64,000 nt of DNA from Capsulimonadaceae bacterium (lineage in GTDB: Bacteria > Armatimonadota > Armatimonadia > Armatimonadales > Capsulimonadaceae): positions 2,432,001-2,496,000 of the forward strand of contig OZ244065.1 of NCBI GenBank assembly GCA_965215505.1. The letters are read 5' to 3'. Shown here piece by piece: positions 1-8,604 of the stretch. The notes under the pieces were generated by a model, which was given only the letters and a program-made list of their open reading frames with translations, searched no databases and had not been told where the DNA came from. How positions within the stretch are numbered: the stretch's first letter is position 1; every line of letters begins with the position of its first letter. The position numbers were made by a program, and so were the translations under genes.

Positions 1-2826
1 CTTGCCGGACTTTTGCAGCTTCTCGCGGATGGCGGCCCGCTCGTCCGCCGTCAGCCGGAGGGCGTTCAGGAACAGGTAGAGCTTGGCGTCGGGGAAGTCC
101 GGGCGCGTGACGTCGCTCTGCAAGTAGAAGCCGGTCGAGGCCCCCGCGCGCAGCAGCAGGTCGCGCGTCCGGCCCACGAGGTGCGCCCCCAGGCCGTTGG
201 CGTCGTTCTTCAGGAAGCGCAGCGAGGCCTCGTCCACCAGGACGGCCACGTCCGGGGCGGGCGGGGGGTTCGGGACGAGCCGGCCCCAACGGTCGGCCTG
301 GGCGGTCAGGCCGCCCAGCTCGCGCCAGATGTCGGGCGAGTTGAGCCAGCCCTGCCCCCACAGGTCCATCCAGGTGACGCCCGCGCGGTGGGCGAGGGCG
401 GCCCCGAAGTGACGCTGGTGGATGGCCTGTGTGTCCGCGCCTGACGCGATCTTGGGGTTGTAGGTGTCGTCCGTCTCGGCTTCGGCGAGGAACGTCTTGG
501 TGTCGTCCTCGACCAGCCACAGCTTGCCGTGCAGGGCGACCGAGTCGATGGGGGCGGGGAAGGCGGCGGGGCTGCCCGCGCCGCGCCCGGCGTAGGAGTT
601 CGGCCCGGCCACGATGTCGATGTGGGGCGACTCAAGCAGTTTCCCGAGGGCGAGGTGCCCCGAGTCGTTGCGGCCCGCGAATTCCAGGGTGTAGCCGTAG
701 GAGGCGGCGACGATCATGCGTCCCTGAGACAAGGTCTTGATGGCCTCGGCCAGCCCGGCGATGATGCCGGCGACTAGCTCGGACGAGAACTGGGCGTAGT
801 CCGGCCAGCGGCCCTCGCGGCGGGCGGCGTAGGTCTGCGTGTCGGTCTTCTTGACGGCGGCTGTCTTGCCCGGCCAGGCGGGGATTGCGGCATCCTCCCA
901 GGTGATATCGGCGTCGTGCCAGGCGGCGCGCAGGGCGTGCAAGGCCTGATACTTGGCGTGGAGCCAGTTCTGGAAGGCGAGAGTGTTTGGCTGCGAGACG
1001 TCGTAGCCCGCCTCGGTGTCGTAGAACCACTCGCCCCGGTCCAGGTGGAAGCCCAGGATGCGGTCGCCGCCAGGCGTGGCGGGGTCGGCGAAGTGGGCGA
1101 TCAGGGCGTCGAGGGCGTCCATGCAGTCCGCCCAGAACTCGGTCGAGGCCAGGGACACGTCGCCCTCCTCGCCGCCCGCGTAGCGGGCCATCTGGTCGGC
1201 ATGGGTGCGCGCCCAGTAGTTGGTCGGGAAGAACTGGAGGCGCGGCAGGACGTAGCCGTCCGGGTCGGCGGTCAGTATCTGCTGGACGAGGGCATCAATG
1301 GCCCCGAACGAGCGGTCGCCGTAGGCGTTCCGGAGCGGCAGGTACATGACGCCGGAGAACAGGTGGACGCCGTTCGCCGCCGCCTCGCGGATCTGCGCCT
1401 CGACGGTTTCCCCGTCGGGGGCCGTTTCGGCGTTGACGAAGAAGAAGTAAGGCGCGTGTTCTTTGGCACCGGCCGATCCGCTGACCGAGATCTGGGCCAG
1501 GCCACGGCCCTCATGCCGGACCCGTGCCGTCAAACGCGGGGCCGAGGCCGGGCCGGCCGGCGGCAGGACGGGCGGGACGATGCGCGGAGCGTGGTAGACC
1601 GGCGCGGCGGGCGGCGGGTAGACGACGGTGTCATCCTCGTCCGCCTCGGGCGTCACGGGTTCGACAACGGTGTCGTCGAGCAGCAGGGCCGAGCCGGCCG
1701 CTTCCAGCATCTCGGTGGTCGGCTCCTCGTTCCCGCCCCGGCGGCGGCGCGACCGGCGCGACCGGCGACCGCGCTTGTCGGCGTCGTCGGCCTCGCCGGA
1801 GACTTCCTCGCCCTCTTCCTCGGCGGCCGCCTCCTCGACGGGGGCCTCCACATCGGGCAGTTCCAGGGCCGGGGGCGCGGGCGGTGCCTCGGCGGCTTCC
1901 CCCGCCGCGCCGCGCCGACGCCGCCCGCGCCGGCGGGACGACGGCGCTCCCTCCTGCGGCGTCTCGTCGGCGGCTTCGGCGTCAGCTTCCGGCTGGGGCG
2001 CGGCGGCCTCGGCGGGGACTCCGAGCGCCCCGGCCTCTTCCTCTTCTTCGGGTTCCGCCGTGAGGTCTGCGGTCACGGCGGGCGCTTCCGCCAGGCGGGG
2101 CTGACCACGGCGGCGGGAGGGGGGCGGGGACGCCGGCGTCCGCGCGGCGGCGGGCGCTGACGCCTGGCGGGTGCGCCCGCGTCGGCGCGTCGGCGCGGCC
2201 TCATCCGCCGACTCGGCGGTCGGCGCTTCCGGGTCGGGCGCGACGGGCGCTTCGGAAGTCAGCTCGGGGGCGGGTGCGTCCGCGCCGGGCGTGTCCTGGT
2301 TCGCCGTGCGCCGCCCACGGCGGCGTGGGGCGGGCGTCTCGGCGACGGTCGGCAGCGCGGGCGCTTCGGCGGCGGATTCCGGGGCGGCCGTGCGCCGCCC
2401 GCGCCGTCGTGTCGGCGCGGCGTCCGCAGTGGGTCCGGTGTTCGGCGTTTCCGAGTCAGGCGCGGCGGGCACCTCGGGGGCAGCCGCTTCGGGCGCGGGC
2501 ACGGCTTCGCTCGACGGTTCAGTGGTCGCCGTGCGCCGCCCGCGTCGGCGCGCGGGCGCGGCCTCCGCGGTCGGTTCGGCGGGAGTCGAATCCGGTTCCG
2601 GCGCAGCCTCTGCGGCCGGTTCGGCGGGGGAGCGTCGGGTGCCGCGCCGCCGGGTCGGGGCGGGGGCGGCCTGAGCGGGATCGGTCGAAGCGGCGGCATC
2701 GTTGGTGACGGCGTTCTGCGGGGTGTCCCCGGCGGAAGGCACATCCGAGGCCACCGGCGGCGTCTCGACCGGCGCCGCGTCTTGGGCGGGGGTCTCAGAC
2801 GCCGGGGTGCGTCGTGTCCTGGGCAT
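1..2826 (-). CDS. Large protein (3' end outside window): ~400 aa Ala/Pro/Glu-rich disordered N-terminus with Arg-rich blocks, fused to a GH42/beta-galactosidase-like TIM-barrel domain
   Basis: Absent from the ORF track because it has no stop in the window. I read it from ATG 2826 (GGAGA upstream) to base 1: MPRTRRTPASETPAQD...PYFFFVNAE...ILGFHLDRGEWFYD...AFQNWLHAKY..LRAAW...LWLVEDDTKT...DVAVLVDE...IREKLQKSGK. The F..WL..KY....L..AW motif matches GH42-type enzymes. Confidence 0.8.
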   Translation of the reverse strand, partial: MPRTRRTPASETPAQDAAPVETPPVASDVPSAGDTPQNAVTNDAAASTDPAQAAPAPTRRRGTRRSPAEPAAEAAPEPDSTPAEPTAEAAPARRRGRRTATTEPSSEAVPAPEAAAPEVPAAPDSETPNTGPTADAAPTRRRGRRTAAPESAAEAPALPTVAETPAPRRRGRRTANQDTPGADAPAPELTSEAPVAPDPEAPTAESADEAAPTRRRGRTRQASAPAAARTPASPPPSRRRGQPRLAEAPAVTADLTAEPEEEEEAGALGVPAEAAAPQPEADAEAADETPQEGAPSSRRRGRRRRGAAGEAAEAPPAPPALELPDVEAPVEEAAAEEEGEEVSGEADDADKRGRRSRRSRRRRGGNEEPTTEMLEAAGSALLLDDTVVEPVTPEADEDDTVVYPPPAAPVYHAPRIVPPVLPPAGPASAPRLTARVRHEGRGLAQISVSGSAGAKEHAPYFFFVNAETAPDGETVEAQIREAAANGVHLFSGVMYLPLRNAYGDRSFGAIDALVQQILTADPDGYVLPRLQFFPTNYWARTHADQMARYAGGEEGDVSLASTEFWADCMDALDALIAHFADPATPGGDRILGFHLDRGEWFYDTEAGYDVSQPNTLAFQNWLHAKYQALHALRAAWHDADITWEDAAIPAWPGKTAAVKKTDTQTYAARREGRWPDYAQFSSELVAGIIAGLAEAIKTLSQGRMIVAASYGYTLEFAGRNDSGHLALGKLLESPHIDIVAGPNSYAGRGAGSPAAFPAPIDSVALHGKLWLVEDDTKTFLAEAETDDTYNPKIASGADTQAIHQRHFGAALAHRAGVTWMDLWGQGWLNSPDIWRELGGLTAQADRWGRLVPNPPPAPDVAVLVDEASLRFLKNDANGLGAHLVGRTRDLLLRAGASTGFYLQSDVTRPDFPDAKLYLFLNALRLTADERAAIREKLQKSGK

Positions 2827-2880
2827 GATGAATTTTTTCTCCGTGCGTGAAATTGGCGCGTCTGCGGTGACGCTGACACC

Positions 2881-2909
2881 ATTATACTGGATTCCGCCCT
2901 TTCTGTCAA
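2881..2909 (-). promoter_or_regulatory. Consensus sigma70 promoter for the 1..2826 gene
   Basis: Minus strand reads TTGACA-17 nt-TATAAT. Confidence 0.8.
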
Positions 2910-3021
2910 AGTCTTGGCGCATTCCCTCACAGAACGCGGCGACAGGCTGGCAGGCGTGGAGAATCTGTGGTATGCTGGAGTCGTTCCCTCATGCCATGAC
3001 CGCAAGAAAGGCAGTCCATTC

Positions 3022-5568
3022 ATGTCATCCGGTTTCCTCGACCGCGCCACGCTCCGTCTCGCCCTGACCCTCCTCGCCCTGCTGCCCTGCCTGGCCGTCG
3101 CCCCGCCCGCGCTGGCCGGGCCGCGCACCAGCATCGTCATCCCGTTCACGCCCATGAACGGGCACGGCGGGCCGCTCGTGCTGGTGCGCCTGAACGACCG
3201 CGAAACCGCCACCTTCCTACTGGACACGGGCGCGCAGGAGTGCGTCATTTCGGACACCCTGGCGCGGAAGCTTGGACTGGAGAGGGCACCGGTGCGTGAC
3301 CGGTTCGGGCGCGATTTCACCGAAGAGTCGGGGAAGCGGGTCGAGTTCGTCTCGGTCAAGAAGCTCCAAATGGGCGGAGGCATCTTCAAGGACGGCCCGT
3401 TCACGGTCATGGACCATCGAGACCTGTTCAAGCTGTCCGAGCAGGGGCTGGACGGGCTGATCGGCGCGACCCTCCTGGAGCAGTTCGTCCTGCTGGTAGA
3501 CGGCCCGCAGCACCGGCTGGCCTTGATCTCACCGGGGGGGCTGAGTGACGAGGAGGTCAATTTTATGGGCTTCGGCGACTGCCCGGCCTTGAAACTGAAG
3601 AGTGCCGCCGACTCCTACTTTTTTACGAATTCGTCTTCGCGGCTGGCCTCCTTCCTGGTGTCCCTGGACCTCCGCAACGGCGACAAGAAATCGCGGCAGG
3701 ACATCATCGTTGACACCGGCGCGGGCGACACCAGCCTCTCGTTCGGCATGGCCAAGGATCTGGGCCTGATCGCGACCGACAAGAGCGGGGCGCAGACCCT
3801 TTACGGATCCTACCTCAGCGACATCGCCCACATCGGCACGTTCAGCCTCGGCCCGCTGTCGCTGCCGGACTTCACCGTCAGCTACCCCAGCATGGACGAG
3901 GAGATCGTGCCGCCGCTGCTTGGGGAGGACGTCCTCGCGAACTGCGTTTGCGTGTTCGACTTCCCCAAGAACAAGCTCTACCTGAAGCCGGTCCTGCCGC
4001 CGCTGGCTCCCACCGTCGGCCCGCTGGACAAAGATCGCGTGGATAGGGGCCGCCTGCGCGAAGCCGCCCACGTCCCCTACCCCGCCTACGAGAAGGCCTG
4101 GGGTGGCGCGTCCTCCGCCGAAGCCGTGGACAGGCCCGCGCGCATCGCGGCCCTCCTGAAAGGCATGAAGGGCGATGACGGTGACGCCGAGGCCGACACG
4201 AAGATGGGCGAGCTGTACGACGACGACCACCAACCCGACAAGGCGCGGGCGGCATTTGAAAAGGCCGCCGCGTCTTATGAGGCGCGGGTGAAGGCGACCC
4301 CGAAAGACGCGGCCCCCCCCGCGAGGATGGCCGAGGCGCTGTGCCGGGCCGGGCACATGCCCGAGGCCGAGGCCGCCGCCCGGTCGGCGACCGCCCTGGC
4401 CCCGTCGGAGCCGAAGGCGTGGATCGCCCTGGGGCGCGTCCTGCACGCCGAGTCGCTGCATCGGCTGACCGGGCAGGACCGGGAGGCGGACATCGGCGAC
4501 GGCTTCACCGAGTACCAGGCCCTCATCGCGCGGCTCCTCAAGGACCGGCCCGCCCCCGCCGCCATCACCGAGGCGTCGGCACTGACGGCGCAGGCGCGGG
4601 CCGCCTTCGACAAGGCGGTGGCGGTCGGTCCCACCGACTCGGCGGCCTATCAGGCGCGGGCCGATTTCATCGAATCCACCGGCCTGGGGCTGGCGGCGCC
4701 GCTGCGGGAGCTGCGCGGGGGGCGTTTCAATGTGCTGCGCGAGATGTACCCGGACGCTTATTTCGCGGACGTGGAGCAGGTGGCGCGGCTCAAGCTGGAC
4801 GACCCCGAGGCCTTGCGGGGCGCCGCCGTGCTGGACGCGGACATCCCGGCCGAGCGGGGCGACAAGGGCCTGGATGACCGCGAAAGCAAGTTCTTCCACT
4901 CGCTGCCCCGCGCCTTCCGGGAGGCGGCGCAGGCGAAGATGGACCGTCTGGCCGTCCTGGGGAAGAGCGCCGAGGCGGCCAAGGCCGCCCCCGCCCTGGA
5001 AGCCCTGGGGGAAGTCCAGCACTCCGTCCTGCGCGACGACGTTCTGGCCGAGGCCACTCTGCGGCAGGCGCTTAAGTTGGACCCGGCCCGCCTGCGCGCC
5101 GTGTATGTCCTGGCCGACATCCTGACCGAAGACCAACGGTATGACGATCTGGCCGCCCTGCTGATGGACCAGCTCACTCGGGCCAATTCCGTCCAGGCCC
5201 GCCTGCTGCTGGCCCGGACGCTGGACAAGCAGGGGCAGATGGAGGACGCCCAGGCGCAGGCACAGGAGGCGTGGCGGCTACGGCCCGGCGACGCGGAGAC
5301 GAACCTCTGCCTCGCAGCCGTCCTCCTGCGCCGCAGCGGCGAGGACCCGCAGCGTCTGGGGCAGGCTGGGGAGCATCTCCAGGCCGCCGCCTCGGCGCTG
5401 GGCGACCACCCCGGACGCGCGCAGGCCGGGCGGTATGCCGTCCTGCACAGCATCTTCCTGGGCCTGTCGGGCGACCCGGACGCCGCCGAAAAGGAGACGC
5501 TCCAGGTTCTGGGCAGGAACCGTACCGACACGAGCGCGCGAGACGTGCTGGCGGCTCTGGTCCTGTAG
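3022..5568 (+). CDS. Secreted aspartyl protease with two retropepsin-like domains and C-terminal TPR repeats
   Basis: Signal peptide. Motifs FLLDTGA...DGLIG and IIVDTGA...PLLGEDVL, followed by helical TPR-like repeats. ATG 3022 has AGAAAGG upstream. Confidence 0.8.
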   Translation: MSSGFLDRATLRLALTLLALLPCLAVAPPALAGPRTSIVIPFTPMNGHGGPLVLVRLNDRETATFLLDTGAQECVISDTLARKLGLERAPVRDRFGRDFTEESGKRVEFVSVKKLQMGGGIFKDGPFTVMDHRDLFKLSEQGLDGLIGATLLEQFVLLVDGPQHRLALISPGGLSDEEVNFMGFGDCPALKLKSAADSYFFTNSSSRLASFLVSLDLRNGDKKSRQDIIVDTGAGDTSLSFGMAKDLGLIATDKSGAQTLYGSYLSDIAHIGTFSLGPLSLPDFTVSYPSMDEEIVPPLLGEDVLANCVCVFDFPKNKLYLKPVLPPLAPTVGPLDKDRVDRGRLREAAHVPYPAYEKAWGGASSAEAVDRPARIAALLKGMKGDDGDAEADTKMGELYDDDHQPDKARAAFEKAAASYEARVKATPKDAAPPARMAEALCRAGHMPEAEAAARSATALAPSEPKAWIALGRVLHAESLHRLTGQDREADIGDGFTEYQALIARLLKDRPAPAAITEASALTAQARAAFDKAVAVGPTDSAAYQARADFIESTGLGLAAPLRELRGGRFNVLREMYPDAYFADVEQVARLKLDDPEALRGAAVLDADIPAERGDKGLDDRESKFFHSLPRAFREAAQAKMDRLAVLGKSAEAAKAAPALEALGEVQHSVLRDDVLAEATLRQALKLDPARLRAVYVLADILTEDQRYDDLAALLMDQLTRANSVQARLLLARTLDKQGQMEDAQAQAQEAWRLRPGDAETNLCLAAVLLRRSGEDPQRLGQAGEHLQAAASALGDHPGRAQAGRYAVLHSIFLGLSGDPDAAEKETLQVLGRNRTDTSARDVLAALVL

Positions 5569-5624
5569 ATACGCCTGCAATTTTTCGCGGGTCGTCGGGT
5601 CACAGAAAGTGTGAGGCTACTTCA

Positions 5625-6326
5625 ATGGCGCATCCGAGCGAATTGGCGCAGTGGTACTATCTGATCTATCTAGTGCCGGGCGGCGTCGCCCTGCTGCTCC
5701 TGCTGCTGTCGGCCCTGGGAGGCGGGATGCACCATGCACACCACATCGGGGCCGGGCACGGGCAGCACATGTTAGGGAACCACATGTCAGGGCATCACGG
5801 GACGGGGCATCACGGGACGGGGCACCGTGCGCCCGCCGTACACGGGCCTTCGGCATCGCCGGGGCATCGCCCTTCCCTGACGGCGTTCTTCGGGCTAGGC
5901 CGCGTCCCCGTCCCGCTCGTCTGGGGCAGCGCACTTCTAGGCTGGGGCCTGTTCGGCTTCTGGGGGACGCAGTTCTGGGAGCGGCAGGGGCATCACGCCG
6001 CCGCGTTCGTCCTGCCCGCGCTGGCGACGGCCCTTGTCGGGGCGGTCTTGACGGAGAAGGCGACCGTGGAGGCGGCGGCCCGCCTGCTGCCGCGCGAGGC
6101 GTCGTCGGCGACCGATACCGTCGGCCTGTGCGGGCTGACCGGGACCGTCGTCTTCGCCGCCGACGACGCACGGGGTCGCCTCCACGTCTACGACGCCCAC
6201 GGGACGCTGCATGACGTGTCGGCGCGGGCCGCGCCGGGCCAGGGCAGGATCGCGCGCGGGCGAAAAGCTCTGGTAATGGACTACGACGCGACGCGGGATC
6301 AGGTGATCGTGGAGGAGGCACCGTAA
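5625..6326 (+). CDS. NfeD/YqiJ-like membrane protein with His-rich loop
   Basis: Three hydrophobic segments and a C-terminal OB-like region (GLTGTV...GRLHVYDAHG). Lies directly upstream of a flotillin gene. Confidence 0.7.
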   Translation: MAHPSELAQWYYLIYLVPGGVALLLLLLSALGGGMHHAHHIGAGHGQHMLGNHMSGHHGTGHHGTGHRAPAVHGPSASPGHRPSLTAFFGLGRVPVPLVWGSALLGWGLFGFWGTQFWERQGHHAAAFVLPALATALVGAVLTEKATVEAAARLLPREASSATDTVGLCGLTGTVVFAADDARGRLHVYDAHGTLHDVSARAAPGQGRIARGRKALVMDYDATRDQVIVEEAP

Positions 6327-6365
6327 AGACGCGACAGACTGGCGGAGAAGATGCCGGGGAGAAAG

Positions 6366-6431
6366 AGGGCGGCCACAGGGGGCCGCCCCTACCGACCGCG
6401 AGACGTAGGGGCAGGCCCCCGTGCCTGCCCT
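6366..6431. repeat. GTAG-family REP doublet
   Basis: AGGGCGGCC..GGCCGCCCCTAC (6366-6392) and GTAGGGGCAGGC..GCCTGCCCT (6405-6431). Confidence 0.7.
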
Positions 6432-6449
6432 TCAGCGAGGAGAAACGAC

Positions 6450-8489
6450 ATGGCGATTGCACTACTTCTGGTGGGCGTGGCCTTGATGGTCGGCCCGGCG
6501 TTCCTGCCGGGCCTCGGGTTCCTGATGAAAGCCGTGGTCAGCGGCGTCGGCCTGGTCCTGTTTCTGGCCGGTCTTTTCGCGACTATCGTGACCGCGCTCT
6601 GGCGGAAGACCTCGGCGGACGAGGCGTTCGTCATCACCGGCGGGTCGGGCGGGTCGCGGGTCATCCTGGACAGCGGCGCGTTCGTGTTCCCCATCCTGCA
6701 CAACATCGTGCCGGTCAACCTCAAGACCATGAAGCTGGGCGTCAACCCGCACGGAGCGAACGCGCTCATCACGCACGACAACCTGCGCTCGGACATCCTG
6801 GCGCAGTTCTACATCCGGGTACAGGCCGACCCGGAACACATCCTGAACGCCGCCCGGTCGCTCGGCACCGACTCGGTCAACGCCGAGAACGTCGAGAACC
6901 TGGTCAGCGAGAAGCTGGTCTCGGCACTGCGCGCCATCGCCTCGCAGATGGACTTGTTCGAGATCCACACCAAGCGGGACGACTTCGCCGAGCGCGTCAA
7001 GGAACACGTCCGGTCCGACCTGGAAGCGAACGGGCTGCTTTTGGAGAGCGTCACCGTCTCCGAACTTGACCAGACGGACCCGTCGGAGATGTCGGACAAC
7101 AACGTCTTCGACGCCCAGGGCAAGCGCAAGATCACCGAGATCACGGCGGCGGCGATGGTGGAGCGCAATAACCTGGAGCGGGCCGCCGAGCAGGCGCGCA
7201 AGAACCAGGACGTGACCACGCGCCAGTACATCCTGCAACTGGAACGCCAGCAGGCGGAGGCCGAGGCGAACCAGCGCACGCAGATCGCGCTCATCCAGGC
7301 CAGCAAGGACCAGGAAGCGCAGCAAGCGGTGATCGCCCAGCAGCGGGCCGTGGAAACCTCGCAGATCGAGAAGATGCAGGCGGTCCAGACGGCGGAGATC
7401 GCCCGCGAGCAGGCCGTCGAGGTCGCCCGCGTCGGCCAGGAGAAGGCGGTCCAGAACGCCAACATCGCCCGCGAGCAGGAGCTGCAAACGGCGGCGGTGG
7501 GGCGGGACCAGGCGGTCGCCCTGGCCGAGCGGCTGAAGCAGATCGCGGTCGCCAACCAGGAGGCCGAGCGCGCCCGCGCCGAGGAGAAGTCGCTGATCGC
7601 CCAGGCCGCCCAGGAGAAGGCCAAGCAGGACGTGGTGACGGTGACGCAGATCGCCGAGGCCGAGCGGGACGCCAACAAGAAGCTGATCGGGGCGCGGCAG
7701 GAGATCGAGCGGGACAAGATCCGTTTGCAGACCGAGGCGCAGGTGGCCGCCTTCACGCGCGTCACGAACGCCCAGGGCGAGCAGGAGGCGGCGGCCAAGC
7801 AGGCCGAGGCCCGGCTTCAGATGGCGCAGGCCGAGGCGCAGTCGCGCGAGTTGGTGGCGCGGGGCGAGAAGGCGCAGCAGCTCGTCCCGGTCGAGGTGGC
7901 CCGCGAGAACGTCGGCGTCGAGCAGGCGCGTGTGGACGTGGAGCGCAGGCAGCTCGAAAACCGGCAGGAGTTCGCCGAGGCGGGCATCCGGCTGGAGATC
8001 GAGAAGCTGCGTATCCAGGCCGACAAGGAGGTGCAGCAGGAGTTCGCCCGCGCGCTGGCCTCGTTCCTCTCGCACGGCAACATGACGCTGTACGGGACGC
8101 CGGAGACTGCCCAGAAGATGATGGACAGCATGGCGAAGGGCTTCGGCATCCGCGCCATGGCCGAGGGCTTCCTGTCCGGCTCGAACGGGTCCGGGAACGC
8201 GCTGGGGAACGGCCACTCCGCAAGCGGGACGAACGGCACAGGCCAGGTGGACGCCCTGCTGGGCAGCCTGGGCAAGCTGATCGTGCCCGCCCTGGAAAAG
8301 CTGACCGGGTCCGGCGGGGCGACGCCCGCCCAGGCGGACGCGGTGGTCCGCGCCCTGGCTGCCAACCCGCAGGCCTTGCAGGCCATCGCCGACGCGCTGG
8401 CGGAGGGGGAGCCGGTGAAGGCGGGCGGGGCGCAGCTCATCGACGGAGCGCAGGTCGTGAAGGCGGGGAACGGCGCGGTGCCGGTCTGA
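6450..8489 (+). CDS. Flotillin/SPFH (YqiK-like) family protein
   Basis: N-terminal TM segments, SPFH motif (NGLLLESVTVSELDQTD...NNVFDAQG) and a long Ala/Glu/Gln coiled coil. GAGGAG RBS before ATG 6450. Confidence 0.9.
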   Translation: MAIALLLVGVALMVGPAFLPGLGFLMKAVVSGVGLVLFLAGLFATIVTALWRKTSADEAFVITGGSGGSRVILDSGAFVFPILHNIVPVNLKTMKLGVNPHGANALITHDNLRSDILAQFYIRVQADPEHILNAARSLGTDSVNAENVENLVSEKLVSALRAIASQMDLFEIHTKRDDFAERVKEHVRSDLEANGLLLESVTVSELDQTDPSEMSDNNVFDAQGKRKITEITAAAMVERNNLERAAEQARKNQDVTTRQYILQLERQQAEAEANQRTQIALIQASKDQEAQQAVIAQQRAVETSQIEKMQAVQTAEIAREQAVEVARVGQEKAVQNANIAREQELQTAAVGRDQAVALAERLKQIAVANQEAERARAEEKSLIAQAAQEKAKQDVVTVTQIAEAERDANKKLIGARQEIERDKIRLQTEAQVAAFTRVTNAQGEQEAAAKQAEARLQMAQAEAQSRELVARGEKAQQLVPVEVARENVGVEQARVDVERRQLENRQEFAEAGIRLEIEKLRIQADKEVQQEFARALASFLSHGNMTLYGTPETAQKMMDSMAKGFGIRAMAEGFLSGSNGSGNALGNGHSASGTNGTGQVDALLGSLGKLIVPALEKLTGSGGATPAQADAVVRALAANPQALQAIADALAEGEPVKAGGAQLIDGAQVVKAGNGAVPV

Positions 8490-8494
8490 TCCTC

Positions 8495-8530
8495 TCCCCA
8501 CGGCGGGATTGAAAACCACCGCCGTGGGGA
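8495..8530. terminator. Hairpin after the flotillin gene (terminator or stabiliser)
   Basis: 12-bp inverted repeat TCCCCACGGCGG / CCGCCGTGGGGA with no clear U-tract. Confidence 0.45.
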
Positions 8531-8604
8531 ACCTTTGAACCATCGCGCCCAACGTGCGTCAGGACAAAGAACCCGTTTCCTTCCATCTTCACCGAGGTGT
8601 TCTC

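Noticed and set aside
13-2708. Plus-strand ORFs such as 916..2160 and 2171..2674
   Set aside because: Antisense shadows of the long minus-strand gene, typical of high-GC DNA.
1-2826. Calling the left-edge gene RNase E (rne)
   Set aside because: Only the disordered arm resembles it. I see no S1 or RNase E catalytic motifs, and the folded part is glycoside-hydrolase-like.
6462-8552. 696-aa minus-strand ORF (and similar long antisense ORFs at 3529, 21121, 46921, 61513)
   Set aside because: They mirror well-supported genes on the opposite strand and have no recognisable motifs.
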